DNA of 64,000 nucleotides from Escherichia coli (GTDB lineage Bacteria; Pseudomonadota; Gammaproteobacteria; Enterobacterales; Enterobacteriaceae): NCBI RefSeq assembly GCF_044324785.1, contig NZ_CP172127.1; one strand, 5' to 3'. Shown piece by piece: positions 28,900 to 38,416 of this stretch (position 1 is its first letter; each line of letters starts with the position of its first letter). The notes under the pieces were generated by a model. It saw only the letters and a program-made list of their open reading frames with translations, ran no database searches and was not told where the DNA came from. The position numbers and the translations under genes were made by a program.

Positions 28900-29108
28900 A
28901 TGAGTCGTATTCATAATCCCGCCACTCAGGCGCGGTTCTTCGTGAAGATCTGGGAGATATGTCAGTCACAGACGCTGCCACCGCATTGGGCATTACTCGC
29001 ACGGCGCTTTCCCGGATTCTGAACGAAAAAGCGGGTATTTCTGCGGATATGGCGCTCCGTCTGGAATCAGCACTCGGAACCAGCGCCGAAATGTGGACAG
29101 GTATGTAA
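28900..29108 (+). pseudogene. higA-like HTH antitoxin, frameshifted near 5' end
   Basis: ATG at 28900 is in a different frame from HTH region SRHSGAVLREDLGDMSVTDAATALGITRTALSRILNEKAGISADMALRLESALGTSAEMWTGM. Confidence 0.45.
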
Positions 29109-29328
29109 TCACAGTATGAGCTTTGGGTTGCTTCGCAAACTGCTCGCCCAAACATTCGCCCATTATTTCACCATGCCTGACATGCATTCCCCAACATTGG
29201 ACGGGGAGCCGTCATGGAGGGGGCTACGCAGGAACCGCCGAAAGCACGCTGTTTTATATTTGTTTTATTGAATATAAGAGGAGGCCATAAAACGGCCCCC
29301 TTGTTTTTATCAGAAAGAGTAACGGAAG

Positions 29329-29650
29329 CTGGCGTTCACCGCGTTATCCACGTTGTACTTACCAAATGCCGATTTCTCAAACTCCAGACCAAAGCGGAGA
29401 TTATCGCGAATTTCTGCATTCAGACCAACATTCATGAGCATACGTCCGTCTTTCTCGCCTTTGATGCGTTTTTCACCAGAGGCATCGCGCGGAACGGTTT
29501 CACTGTTTGCCAGAATGTCAAACTGGTAACCGAGGCCGGCACGGGCAGTGACTTTCCAGTCCTTACCAGAGAAGGTTTTACCGACATCGATACCGGTACG
29601 GCCAATCAGCGGGTTGAAGTCCTTTCTGGTGTGAGAACCTTAAGGAAATC
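29329..29650 (-). pseudogene. C-terminal beta-barrel fragment of an autotransporter-type outer membrane protein
   Basis: minus-strand translation ends ...LRFGLEFEKSAFGKYNVDNAVNASFRYSF-stop (aromatic-X-aromatic terminus); no start codon or N-terminal part. Confidence 0.4.
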
Positions 29651-29789
29651 GTCCGCAGCCCCATTACCGTCTTATATCACTGGCGCTGACATGTATTATC
29701 CGGGGAGTTAAGTCTGTCGATGTCCGACAGACTTTTGATAATGGAAACAACATGCAGCGATAATGTGCATGCTGTTTTGCAGGTGGAAC

Positions 29790-30992
29790 TCAGAAGGTGA
29801 ACTGCAACTGTGCGACCGCACCGTAAGTGTTGTCCGTGCCGATCAGGCCTGCCACATCAAGGTGAACCACATCAAACGGTGAGATACCAACCCCGGCCGT
29901 GAATGCACTGCCGTTGTTGCTGGCCAGATTCTGGCGGTAACCGGTACGTAACTGTGCCCATTTCCAGGCATTAAACTCAGCACCAACGGCGGCAAACTGA
30001 CGTTTGCTGTCTGATGTGAAGCCGCTGGCCGGGGTCAGATCCACATCCAGTGCCGTGGTGAACATGTCGTTGTGCCATGATACGCCGGTCGTTACCTGCG
30101 GACGGATCCTGAAGGTTTCAGTGACACCATGTACCTCTTTGGTCTCAATGCTGCGTGGGATCAGGTTTTGTGCGACCAGACCCAGCGTCCAGTTGTCATC
30201 CAGGTCCATGCTGGCACCGATATCAGCGTTAATACCGTTTTGGGTGTTGTGGTAACGGTTACCTTTGAATGCGCTGCTGTCATAGTTTTTGATCAGCGTA
30301 TTGTAGTTAAACAGGTCAACACGCTGGAATTTTGGTGTGAAGCCCAGTGACCATTTTTGTCCGGCCGTTTCCAGTTCAGTGGCCAGCGCAACGCCCACAT
30401 CGGTGATCAGTGCGGCACGGGCAAAAGCCTGTGAGGTCAGTCTGTTTTTATCCACATCCTGGCTGCCACTGTCTGCAATGCTTTCCAGATAGTTCAGGTC
30501 GGCATCGCTGACTTTACCGTCGACGCTGACAGTCCCGAACGTTTTCAGCATCAGTGCAGCAGCGAGGGTATCACCGGGAAGGGCCGCCACAGCAGATACC
30601 CCGGCCTGTGCGCTGGCATGGGTGTTCCGGAAGTCCTGCAGTCTCTCTTTCAGGCGGGCCGCTGTCTGCGGTACCCCGGAGTGGCTGTCGACGGCACGGT
30701 CGAAGGCTTTCCAGTCATCGCTGATTTTGTCGGCGTTGTCGGCGATATTACCCGGATCGGACAGCTGCGCACCCACGGACGGAAGCAGAAGACTGAAGTC
30801 ATCTTTTGCACCGGATTTTGTCAGCAGTGCCGGGTTTGCCAGTGGGGCCACACCATAGTGAGAGGAGGCAACCCCCGTTCCTCCCATCGCATCATTGCGG
30901 GCTTCAAAATATGACGTTGCTGCAGTCGAATTAAAGGAAAATAAAACGGCAGACGCGATGAGAGTACGGGTAATATGCTTTTTCATCATCAT
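29790..30992 (-). CDS. outer-membrane beta-barrel protein (FadL/TraF-like), unknown role
   Basis: 400 aa; signal peptide; NPAL motif near N-terminus; C-terminal ...QLQFTF. Confidence 0.5.
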   Translation of the reverse strand: MMMKKHITRTLIASAVLFSFNSTAATSYFEARNDAMGGTGVASSHYGVAPLANPALLTKSGAKDDFSLLLPSVGAQLSDPGNIADNADKISDDWKAFDRAVDSHSGVPQTAARLKERLQDFRNTHASAQAGVSAVAALPGDTLAAALMLKTFGTVSVDGKVSDADLNYLESIADSGSQDVDKNRLTSQAFARAALITDVGVALATELETAGQKWSLGFTPKFQRVDLFNYNTLIKNYDSSAFKGNRYHNTQNGINADIGASMDLDDNWTLGLVAQNLIPRSIETKEVHGVTETFRIRPQVTTGVSWHNDMFTTALDVDLTPASGFTSDSKRQFAAVGAEFNAWKWAQLRTGYRQNLASNNGSAFTAGVGISPFDVVHLDVAGLIGTDNTYGAVAQLQFTF

Positions 30993-31093
30993 TTCAGTTT
31001 CCTGTATTGAGGTATTTTGGGTATAACAACAGAGGGCACGGCTGTGCCATTAAAAATAGTTGGTGTATTATTCCGGTTTGTTGCTCAGTATTA

Positions 31094-31915
31094 TTACCAG
31101 GGGGATAACGGAACCCTGAATAACGCAGTGGGTAATATTTTTCCTGTTATCAGATATTCTGCCTGTGCCGGAGTGAGTGTTACGGCGCGAACAGGGATAT
31201 CCGGAGATATTTTTCGGGCCATCTGAAACCAGCCTTCTTTTTCTATATCCATTCTGACCGGATATAACGAAAGTACCGGATAAATAATGGTGTTATTAAT
31301 TTCTTTTTTCTGCCTGAGCAGAACGCCGCAATATTCTCCGGAATGCGTTCCGGCAAACGGAAAACCATGCCAGAGAATAATGTCCATATTCTCGCGGGCT
31401 GAAATAATCCTGCAGAATATCTCCTGTGTGGCTGGCCAGTCTCCCGGACGATATAGTGGATAATGCACCCTGCCGTTCAGCCATTCCGGACTGAGATAAA
31501 ACCAGTCAGCCAGTGCTGCAAGAATCTCCCCGGTCAGATAGTCAGTGAGTCTGTCCGGCTCCCGGAAGACGGCAGGGCGGATATTCCAGGGGGCCAGTAA
31601 TGCAGCCATCGTTGTTGCGCTGATATCATGTGCCTGCATGATGTGCTCCATCCTGCTGAGAAGACGGCGGACGATGTTATCTGCAGGAAGAAACATTTCA
31701 CTTAACGCGTCTTCGACCAGGATACGCGTCAGGTCAGAGACGGAAAGAGAAAGCTGTTCGCTCATGATACCAAGGGCATCCCTGACTCCCTGCGGATAAC
31801 GAACCTGCAGGGGTGTGGACTGCAGCTGGCGATGACTGAGCAGGCATTCGCAAATTCGCTCCCTGTCCAGGGAGAGCATCATACGGGCGGCAATACCTGT
31901 GCTGTCAGTTTTCAT
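31094..31915 (-). CDS. hypothetical protein
   Basis: 273 aa ORF between OMP gene and rci; no family recognised. Confidence 0.45.
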   Translation of the reverse strand: MKTDSTGIAARMMLSLDRERICECLLSHRQLQSTPLQVRYPQGVRDALGIMSEQLSLSVSDLTRILVEDALSEMFLPADNIVRRLLSRMEHIMQAHDISATTMAALLAPWNIRPAVFREPDRLTDYLTGEILAALADWFYLSPEWLNGRVHYPLYRPGDWPATQEIFCRIISARENMDIILWHGFPFAGTHSGEYCGVLLRQKKEINNTIIYPVLSLYPVRMDIEKEGWFQMARKISPDIPVRAVTLTPAQAEYLITGKILPTALFRVPLSPW

Positions 31916-32127
31916 TTCACCTCCATGCGGGTCAGCGTGTTTTGTTCATAAATTGAGTCTAAAGAGAGTGTTTTTTAAACGGAAGCGAGTTATTTCGATC
32001 GTTATGATCGAGTGTGTTTCAAGAGTGTTTGCAACTCTGTTTTAAGGGCGAATGAAAAGGATTCGGACAGGATGACCGTGATTAATTTAACCCGGAAGCA
32101 AAAGTTGATTTTCATTCTGATATGCCT

Positions 32128-33252
32128 TCAGTTTGTTAACGGACAAATCATGACCCGTTCATCAATGTTTGCGGGTAGCTCGCCTGGCGTGGGAACGCGT
32201 TCACCCCGCTGAGCAGCCTGTGCCAGTGTGCGCAGCAAAAATACGCTGGCATGAGATATAGCCAGTTCCCGGGTTTCTGCACGGGTTTCAAGGTCGAAAT
32301 CGTGCAGTGTCACGACAAACAGCCCGTTTCTGCACCCGACAGTTGCAGGGTAGGGAACAAAATAAGGTGAAATTTTGCTGGTCTGTTTACGCCTTGCATC
32401 GAGTTTGCTGACCAGCTGATATGCCCGGAGATGCGTGTACCGTTTTAACATGTTCAGGGAGCGGTGGCCTGAAATAGCGGCAACTTCAATGACATTCAAT
32501 GTACCAAGTTCGAAAAATCGGCTGATGGCTTCATGACGGAGATCGTGAAAATGCAGATTTTCTATTTTCAGGTCCAGAAGTGCGGTACGCCAGGCGCTTT
32601 TGAAACCGGATGAGGTGTAACTGAACACATTGCCGTTTATCTGTTGTGGCAGAATTTGCAGGTAGTTGCGAGCTTTCCGGGAGAGTGGGACATCGCGTGG
32701 TAAACCATTTTTCGTTTCAGGAAGATGCGCCACTCCGTGCTGCAAATCGAGGTGTTCCCAGCGTAATGTGAGAATTTCCCCCTGTCGCATTGCTGTTTCC
32801 AGGGCCAGATGGAAGATAACGTAGAGCTGCTGATTTTTATCTCTGAAATAGCGGGAGAGTCGGCGTTCTTCGCCAGAAGTCAGGCGACGCTCTCGCCCAT
32901 TACTGATTTTGGGTTTTCGGACCAGTTCAACAGGATTCATACGGCATGTCCCCCATTCCACACGGGCGATATTGAATAATGATGATAAAAGAGCAAGTTC
33001 AAGACGGACGGTGTTTCCGGTGATTTGACGCCCAGTTCGTGGGTTAATTTGAGCCAAACGCTGATCCCGGTAACTGGCGATATCAACGGTCGTGATTTCA
33101 TCCATATAGCGATCGGCCACAGGGTGACGTTTAATCACATTGACGCGATAAACCTCCTGCAGATGCCCTTTTTTATGGACGGAAACGGTTTTCAGGTATT
33201 TGTCCAGCGCCCGGTTGAGAGTCATTTTGCGAATTTTGATTTTTCGAAACAT
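32128..33252 (-). CDS. rci: shufflon-specific tyrosine recombinase Rci
   Basis: high similarity as recalled to R64 Rci ([23 protein letters not shown]..., [27 protein letters not shown]); start placed at Met 62 bp beyond first sfx repeat; longer track ORF rejected. Confidence 0.8.
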   Translation of the reverse strand: MFRKIKIRKMTLNRALDKYLKTVSVHKKGHLQEVYRVNVIKRHPVADRYMDEITTVDIASYRDQRLAQINPRTGRQITGNTVRLELALLSSLFNIARVEWGTCRMNPVELVRKPKISNGRERRLTSGEERRLSRYFRDKNQQLYVIFHLALETAMRQGEILTLRWEHLDLQHGVAHLPETKNGLPRDVPLSRKARNYLQILPQQINGNVFSYTSSGFKSAWRTALLDLKIENLHFHDLRHEAISRFFELGTLNVIEVAAISGHRSLNMLKRYTHLRAYQLVSKLDARRKQTSKISPYFVPYPATVGCRNGLFVVTLHDFDLETRAETRELAISHASVFLLRTLAQAAQRGERVPTPGELPANIDERVMICPLTN

Positions 33253-33314
33253 ATCGGCCTTCCACGATAAAAACGGGGAAGGTAGGAATAGTGAAACGGA
33301 AATGCAATATCGCC

Positions 33315-33333
33315 GTGCCAATCCGGTGTGTGG
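33315..33333 (+). repeat. sfx 19-bp recombination site 1
   Basis: GTGCCAATCCGGTGTGTGG. Confidence 0.85.
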
Positions 33334-34042
33334 ATTGGCTTTGAATCCTACCCTGTGGGAAGCCCTATCCCATGGCCATCTGCCACTCCTCCACAAGGCT
33401 ATCTGTTGATGAACGGCCAGTCGTTTTCCTGTTCCCGGTATCCTCAGCTTGCCCGTGCTTATCCTGGCTGTAAATTGCCCGATCTGCGCGGTGTTTTTAT
33501 CCGTGGCTGGGATAACGGGAAGGGACTTGATGGTGATCGGAACAGACAACTCCTGAGTTATCAGGCCGATCAATCAGGCGTCTATCACGAACGTGGCGGA
33601 TGGCTGAAAGGGCATCATAGTGGTATGCCATACTGGGCACAGGGGAGTACCACAGAAATGCGTCCCAAAAATATTGCATTCAACTACATTGTTAAAGCCA
33701 GCTAGGGACTCACATCTGATAGGCATACACAGAGAAAACACCGTTACCACAGGCGTAATTTTGTGTTGGTCTGGAGATGATTTGATATGACGCTCCCACT
33801 GGCACGGCAAATGAAATAAATGCTGTCTTTCCGTAGGAGGGGTTATTGCTGGCATTCATACCAATGAAAGCGCCGTTCACATAGCCCTGAAGATTTGATG
33901 TGTTGGCGCAATCACCGCCACCGGCACCATTTCCACCGGAAGCGTACACAAACAAAGTTCCTCTGCCGTTATTTCTCCCGTTAAATGTTCCCCGGTGAGA
34001 ACCCAGATTGCTGTAACTTCCGTCAGGTGCACCAATCGTTCG

Positions 34043-34061
34043 CCACACACCGGATTGGCAC
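34043..34061 (-). repeat. sfx 19-bp recombination site 2
   Basis: reverse complement of GTGCCAATCCGGTGTGTGG. Confidence 0.85.
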
Positions 34062-34069
34062 GGAGGCCA

Positions 34070-34088
34070 GTGCCAATCCGGTTTGTGG
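34070..34088 (+). repeat. sfx 19-bp recombination site 3
   Basis: GTGCCAATCCGGTTTGTGG. Confidence 0.85.
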
Positions 34089-34331
34089 CTTGGAGGCAAT
34101 AAAGTGAACTATTCTGCCTGTAAATGGTATGAAGCGACCTCCGCACATTTTATCGGTGGCAGAAGCGGAGGCTCTATTTATTACAAGCCGATTCAGTGCC
34201 CTGCCGGGTACGTCATGACAGGTACAAGAATGTACGGCATCGGAGATGGTGTTGATGAAGAGCACGTCGATGCTTACTGTTGCCCTTTTGGTTAGATTCC
34301 GAGGGCCGGTATTTAATTTTCTCCCGTTGGC

Positions 34332-35534
34332 TTATTTCTCACAGATTGCTATAGCCTGGAAACAACTCAGGGAGCCAGAGCCAGTAGCAATCCACCGATT
34401 GTTTTTGTAATCAGGGTAACTACCATCTGGTGAGTTGTATCCGTTATGGACCCACTGGGATAACCTGTAGCCGCCGGAGACCAACTTACTCCCCGATGGG
34501 CATACCGCGTAAGACGATGTCTGAAAGCACCCATTCCCGCCGGATACTGTGAAACGCTCTTTTTTGTCACTGTTTTGCCACACACCGGATTGGCACGAAA
34601 GTATTGCCCCTTTACTGTCGCGGCCTACAAGTCCGTCCGGTGAGCAGGAAGTACCTGCGGTGGCTGTTTTTTCCAGCTGTAAATACTCACCCGTGGAAAG
34701 ACGCCCCTCAGACCGGACAGTTCCACCACTGACTTTTCCTCCTTTGAGCTCTCCTTCGGTTGTGATCCCTTTGTTGTTAACAGCACGTATCCATTGGCTG
34801 TCCGTCATGGTGAAGCCGCCACCATTTGGATGTAACCAACGATTTGATGTGACATCGCCTGAAAATCTGGCGTTTTTACCACTGGCTTCATTGATATTGG
34901 TGATGCTGTTATTATTCATATCAATGCCAGTATGCATTCTGTTTAAATCGGGTCTTCCCTGAACGCTGTAGCGGTAAAGCCGATCGCTTTCCTCCAGATC
35001 TTTTCCAGCCATTCGCATGGCGATATGCCCCTTGTTGCAGGTAATCTGATAATTACTTCCCAGATCGGTCCAGCCGCCAAAGGCACCTGTAACGGAATTA
35101 TTCTGGAGCATAAAACCACCGAGTCCATTAATCTGGCCCGCTATGCGACGTAACCCATCTTCTTTAATATCCTGTCCTCCGGTTGTGCAGGTAAGTGCTT
35201 CCAGACGACCGGATAAATTATTTTTTCTGATACCGGTAATATAGCTGTGTCCAAAGGGGGAGCGGGAAAAACCGTTGTTCAGATATCCCTGCTGAATTAA
35301 TTCATTTACCGTGATGGTTTTACTGGAAAGTGAGCTGGTTTTATCAGCCACATAATTCTTTATTGCATTATTATATTCATCAGCATGTAAAGCCGCACTT
35401 TGATAAAGTTGTTCATTCAGCCAGTCTTCAATTTCTGAATAAATCATTGGCGTGGCGATACCAATTACTATCAGGCCTGCCAGAATTTCAAGCAGAATAA
35501 AACCTTTATCGTCATCGTGTCTGAATTTTTTCAC
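34332..35534 (-). CDS. pilV: type IVB thin-pilus minor pilin/adhesin PilV (constant N-region plus currently joined variable C-segment)
   Basis: 400 aa; prepilin-like N-terminus GFILLEILAGLIVIGIA; sfx repeat in-frame near C-terminus. Confidence 0.8.
   Translation of the reverse strand: MKKFRHDDDKGFILLEILAGLIVIGIATPMIYSEIEDWLNEQLYQSAALHADEYNNAIKNYVADKTSSLSSKTITVNELIQQGYLNNGFSRSPFGHSYITGIRKNNLSGRLEALTCTTGGQDIKEDGLRRIAGQINGLGGFMLQNNSVTGAFGGWTDLGSNYQITCNKGHIAMRMAGKDLEESDRLYRYSVQGRPDLNRMHTGIDMNNNSITNINEASGKNARFSGDVTSNRWLHPNGGGFTMTDSQWIRAVNNKGITTEGELKGGKVSGGTVRSEGRLSTGEYLQLEKTATAGTSCSPDGLVGRDSKGAILSCQSGVWQNSDKKERFTVSGGNGCFQTSSYAVCPSGSKLVSGGYRLSQWVHNGYNSPDGSYPDYKNNRWIATGSGSLSCFQAIAICEK
34578..34596 (-). 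repeat. sfx 19-bp recombination site 4 (inside pilV)
   Basis: reverse complement of GTGCCAATCCGGTGTGTGG; encodes CQSGVW in PilV. Confidence 0.85.
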
Positions 35535-36181
35535 GTGAATATCTCCGATGTGTGGATAACGGAATCAGGGAAGAGGGTCAGCACATACAGGGACCCGCAG
35601 AGAAACGGGGCAAACGGCAGCGCCAGCTGGCGTCTGCGACGGCAGAAAATGAGGATAAACAGAAATGCTCCGGAGGCTGCGGCGGTGATTATGAGTGGAG
35701 TGTGTTGCGGTTGCGTCCACATTGCGATCCCCGCAATCAGGAACACATCACCAAGGCCGAGCGCTTCCGTCCCTTTCGCTGCCAGAAAAATGCGTCGTAA
35801 CAGGTATATCATGCCGAACCACAGTGACGCGTTGAGCAGGGCATGAGCCAGTGAGTCCTGGCTGTATCTGAACGCTGCGCCCAGAATAATAAGAGAAAGC
35901 GTGAATATCCGGGGAAGCCGACAGACAGCAATATCCGTCAGCGTCATTACAGTTAATAATCCCGTCAGAATGGAAAGGAATAACAGTCCTGTCGCGTCAA
36001 CACCATATGCACCGTTGAGGCAAATGCTCAGGACAGCCAGAAGACAACAGATGCACACCGCAGCGTTGTGTGGGCGGGTATTGTGTACTTCTGATAAATA
36101 TACTGTGGCGGCGCTGTATGAAAGATACAGAATTGCCGCAAGGACAATCAGGATAATGCATATCGGGAGTAATTCAGACAC
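35531..36181 (-). CDS. pilU: prepilin peptidase PilU
   Basis: 216 aa polytopic membrane protein with GLGDV motif; position as in R64 pil operon. Confidence 0.75.
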   Translation of the reverse strand: MSELLPICIILIVLAAILYLSYSAATVYLSEVHNTRPHNAAVCICCLLAVLSICLNGAYGVDATGLLFLSILTGLLTVMTLTDIAVCRLPRIFTLSLIILGAAFRYSQDSLAHALLNASLWFGMIYLLRRIFLAAKGTEALGLGDVFLIAGIAMWTQPQHTPLIITAAASGAFLFILIFCRRRRQLALPFAPFLCGSLYVLTLFPDSVIHTSEIFT

Positions 36182-36193
36182 AGTTACCTCAGC

Positions 36194-36670
36194 TTAATCT
36201 TTTCTGAAATACCGGTTGTGGATTATTCGGGCATATATCATGCGCCGGGCTGTGTTATTTTTGCTGAATCCTGCGTTGTAACTGCCAAGGCATTCCCAGT
36301 TAACGCCGCAGCGTTGAAAATGGCGGGCCAGTATCCAGGCACCGGTATGAATATTCAGGCAGGGCTTTTTAAGCAGTTCATCCTTGTTTTTAATGACGCC
36401 CAGTTTTTTCAGTTCAGGAATATGCACTGAATTAATCTGCATTATTCCGTAATCCGTACTGATGATTTTTCCGGATTTGTTTTTATTGTGATTTATCGCA
36501 GTGGCGACCAGGCCGCTTTCCTGCTGTGCAATGGTTTTCAGAAGCTCAGGGGCAATCAGGTAACGTTTTCCGGCCTGAATAAAACAGGAATCGAGATGAT
36601 TATTATTCATCACAGATGCGATTGATGTGTGACTGAATAAAAGCAGGACAGAGAGATATAACCATTTCAT
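36194..36670 (-). CDS. pilT: lytic transglycosylase PilT
   Basis: 158 aa; signal peptide; SLT-like motifs ESGL and YGIMQIN. Confidence 0.7.
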   Translation of the reverse strand: MKWLYLSVLLLFSHTSIASVMNNNHLDSCFIQAGKRYLIAPELLKTIAQQESGLVATAINHNKNKSGKIISTDYGIMQINSVHIPELKKLGVIKNKDELLKKPCLNIHTGAWILARHFQRCGVNWECLGSYNAGFSKNNTARRMIYARIIHNRYFRKD

Positions 36671-36728
36671 TATGATAATCCCGGCAGTGACAGCATCCTC
36701 TGGTATTTAAGGATGCTGTCCGGAAACA

Positions 36729-37265
36729 TTAGCTGTTTGTTTCAAGGGTGATGTTATTTTTGTCGTTACTACATACTGTTACGGGATCCACAGTAGCCGG
36801 GGCGGTATTCATGATTTTGGTAAACATGGATGAACTGCGCAGGCTGTTAATGAGTTCCACGCAATTTTCTTTCGGTACATTATTGCTGGTAATCGTATAA
36901 CCATACTTATCTGCTGTTGCCTTAATGGTGACATCACCGCCCCAGGCATTTTTGGCCTTGTTACCACCGGCGATCATATCGGCCGGCAGGGAACCACTCT
37001 GCGTCAGCGTTTTGATATAATCACTGCTGGTATATTGTCCCTGGAACTTGTACTGCTTCATTTTTGTTGCAATAGTCTGCAGGTTTTTCAGTTCACGCTG
37101 GTTATCACTGGATGACATTGTGCTGGACATCTGACTTATTGCGAGAGATACCACAATACCGATGATAATCAGTGCACCGGCAACTTCCAGTAAGGTTAAA
37201 CCTTTATCCTCCTCTTTCTCTTTTTTTAAAGCAAAATAAGAATAAAGACATGATCTGAAGTTCAT
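36729..37265 (-). CDS. pilS: type IVB major pilin PilS
   Basis: 178 aa; prepilin motif GLTLLEVAGALIIIGIVV. Confidence 0.75.
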   Translation of the reverse strand: MNFRSCLYSYFALKKEKEEDKGLTLLEVAGALIIIGIVVSLAISQMSSTMSSSDNQRELKNLQTIATKMKQYKFQGQYTSSDYIKTLTQSGSLPADMIAGGNKAKNAWGGDVTIKATADKYGYTITSNNVPKENCVELINSLRSSSMFTKIMNTAPATVDPVTVCSNDKNNITLETNS

Positions 37266-37314
37266 ATATCACTCCTGGTTTATGGGATGTTTCAGAAATA
37301 TTCTGTATGCGGGA

Positions 37315-38415
37315 TTATTGTTTCAGCATGTCGCTGATACTGTAGATGGCAGATATCATGTTAAGAATAAAAAAGAAGACAAAACCTCCTGATATACCGG
37401 TAATAATTAATCCCATTCGTTTTACCCGTTTTTTTGCCTCTTCCAGCCACTGATCGGCATAGAGTGCCATGGTTGCCACTCTGTCCTCCCTTTCGGAGTT
37501 CAGGAGCAGTTTATTGATGCATATTCTGGACGGAAAATCGTAACCGGAATTTCGCATTGCTGTGGCCAGATTCTGACCGGATAATACATGTTTTCGTATT
37601 GCCTGAATTCTCTCCTTTAACCATTTATTCTTTTCTGCACCTTTTTCCATTCGGAGCAGCGCCTGCGAAAGAGGAATATTAATCTGCAGCATGGATGAAA
37701 TACTGAACAGATAATTCACCCCGTGTAAGGTCTGATACAGTGACCAGGGGGGAGCCTTGTCCAGCATCCTCCGGCCGGGGCCGGTATACCGGCTGAATGA
37801 AAAACGGATCAGAAGCGTCAGGGCGAAAATGGTCCCACAGAGCCAGAATCCGTACCCGATGAAAAATTCCGACATGCCGGCAAGCAATTTCATCTGGAAT
37901 GACCATTTATCTTCTGAAGCAAACGCACTGACGATGGGGATGATACGGGTATGGGCGTTGTACATATTCACCACACAGAGCGAAAGCAGCAGAAGGGGGT
38001 AGAGGCAGACGGCAATGAGGCTGGATGTCATTTCCCGCCGGGCTTTAACGGTTCTGGCCACCTGGAAAAGGGCGTCGGCAATATTTCCGCGCTCTTCCCC
38101 GTTTCTGATTAACGTGGCTTCCTCCGGTGGCACCCAGGTTAACAGGGCACCGGATAACATGCCGCTGGCTTTGATGGAATCGATGCATTCTTTTGCCAGA
38201 AAATACATGCCGGATGTGCCTTTCTTTTCACCAAAATCGGTTTCGATCTCGCAGAGAAATTCGAGTGCACGCAGGGACGGCGTTCCGTCACGTATCATGC
38301 CGCCCAGGGCTTCGTAGAACTCCACCCGGTTCAGGGCAAAGGTTTTTCTGGCTATCCAGACAGTCAGTGCTGTCAGCTCAATGTCGGTGTTGTTGAGTTT
38401 TTCCAGAAATCTCAT
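37315..38415 (-). CDS. pilR: type IV pilus inner-membrane platform protein PilR (GspF-like)
   Basis: about 367 aa polytopic protein; start placed at Met adjacent to pilQ stop. Confidence 0.75.
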   Translation of the reverse strand: MRFLEKLNNTDIELTALTVWIARKTFALNRVEFYEALGGMIRDGTPSLRALEFLCEIETDFGEKKGTSGMYFLAKECIDSIKASGMLSGALLTWVPPEEATLIRNGEERGNIADALFQVARTVKARREMTSSLIAVCLYPLLLLSLCVVNMYNAHTRIIPIVSAFASEDKWSFQMKLLAGMSEFFIGYGFWLCGTIFALTLLIRFSFSRYTGPGRRMLDKAPPWSLYQTLHGVNYLFSISSMLQINIPLSQALLRMEKGAEKNKWLKERIQAIRKHVLSGQNLATAMRNSGYDFPSRICINKLLLNSEREDRVATMALYADQWLEEAKKRVKRMGLIITGISGGFVFFFILNMISAIYSISDMLKQ

Positions 38416-38416
38416 G

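Larger units (their letters stand above)
33315..34596. other. shufflon (multiple-inversion region) with four 19-bp sfx repeats and four alternative PilV C-terminal segments
   Basis: repeats GTGCCAATCCGGT(G/T)TGTGG at 33315-33333 (+), 34043-34061 (-), 34070-34088 (+), 34578-34596 (-); each repeat encodes CQSG(V/L)W followed by a different ORF. Confidence 0.8.

Noticed and set aside
29214-29711. 165-aa plus-strand ORF
   Set aside because: It is antisense to the autotransporter beta-barrel remnant and has no SD; likely spurious.
33253-33573. N-terminal 107-aa extension of the rci ORF (track ORF 32128..33573)
   Set aside because: The extension reads through sfx repeat 1 and shufflon segment DNA; the Rci homology begins at the internal Met at 33252.
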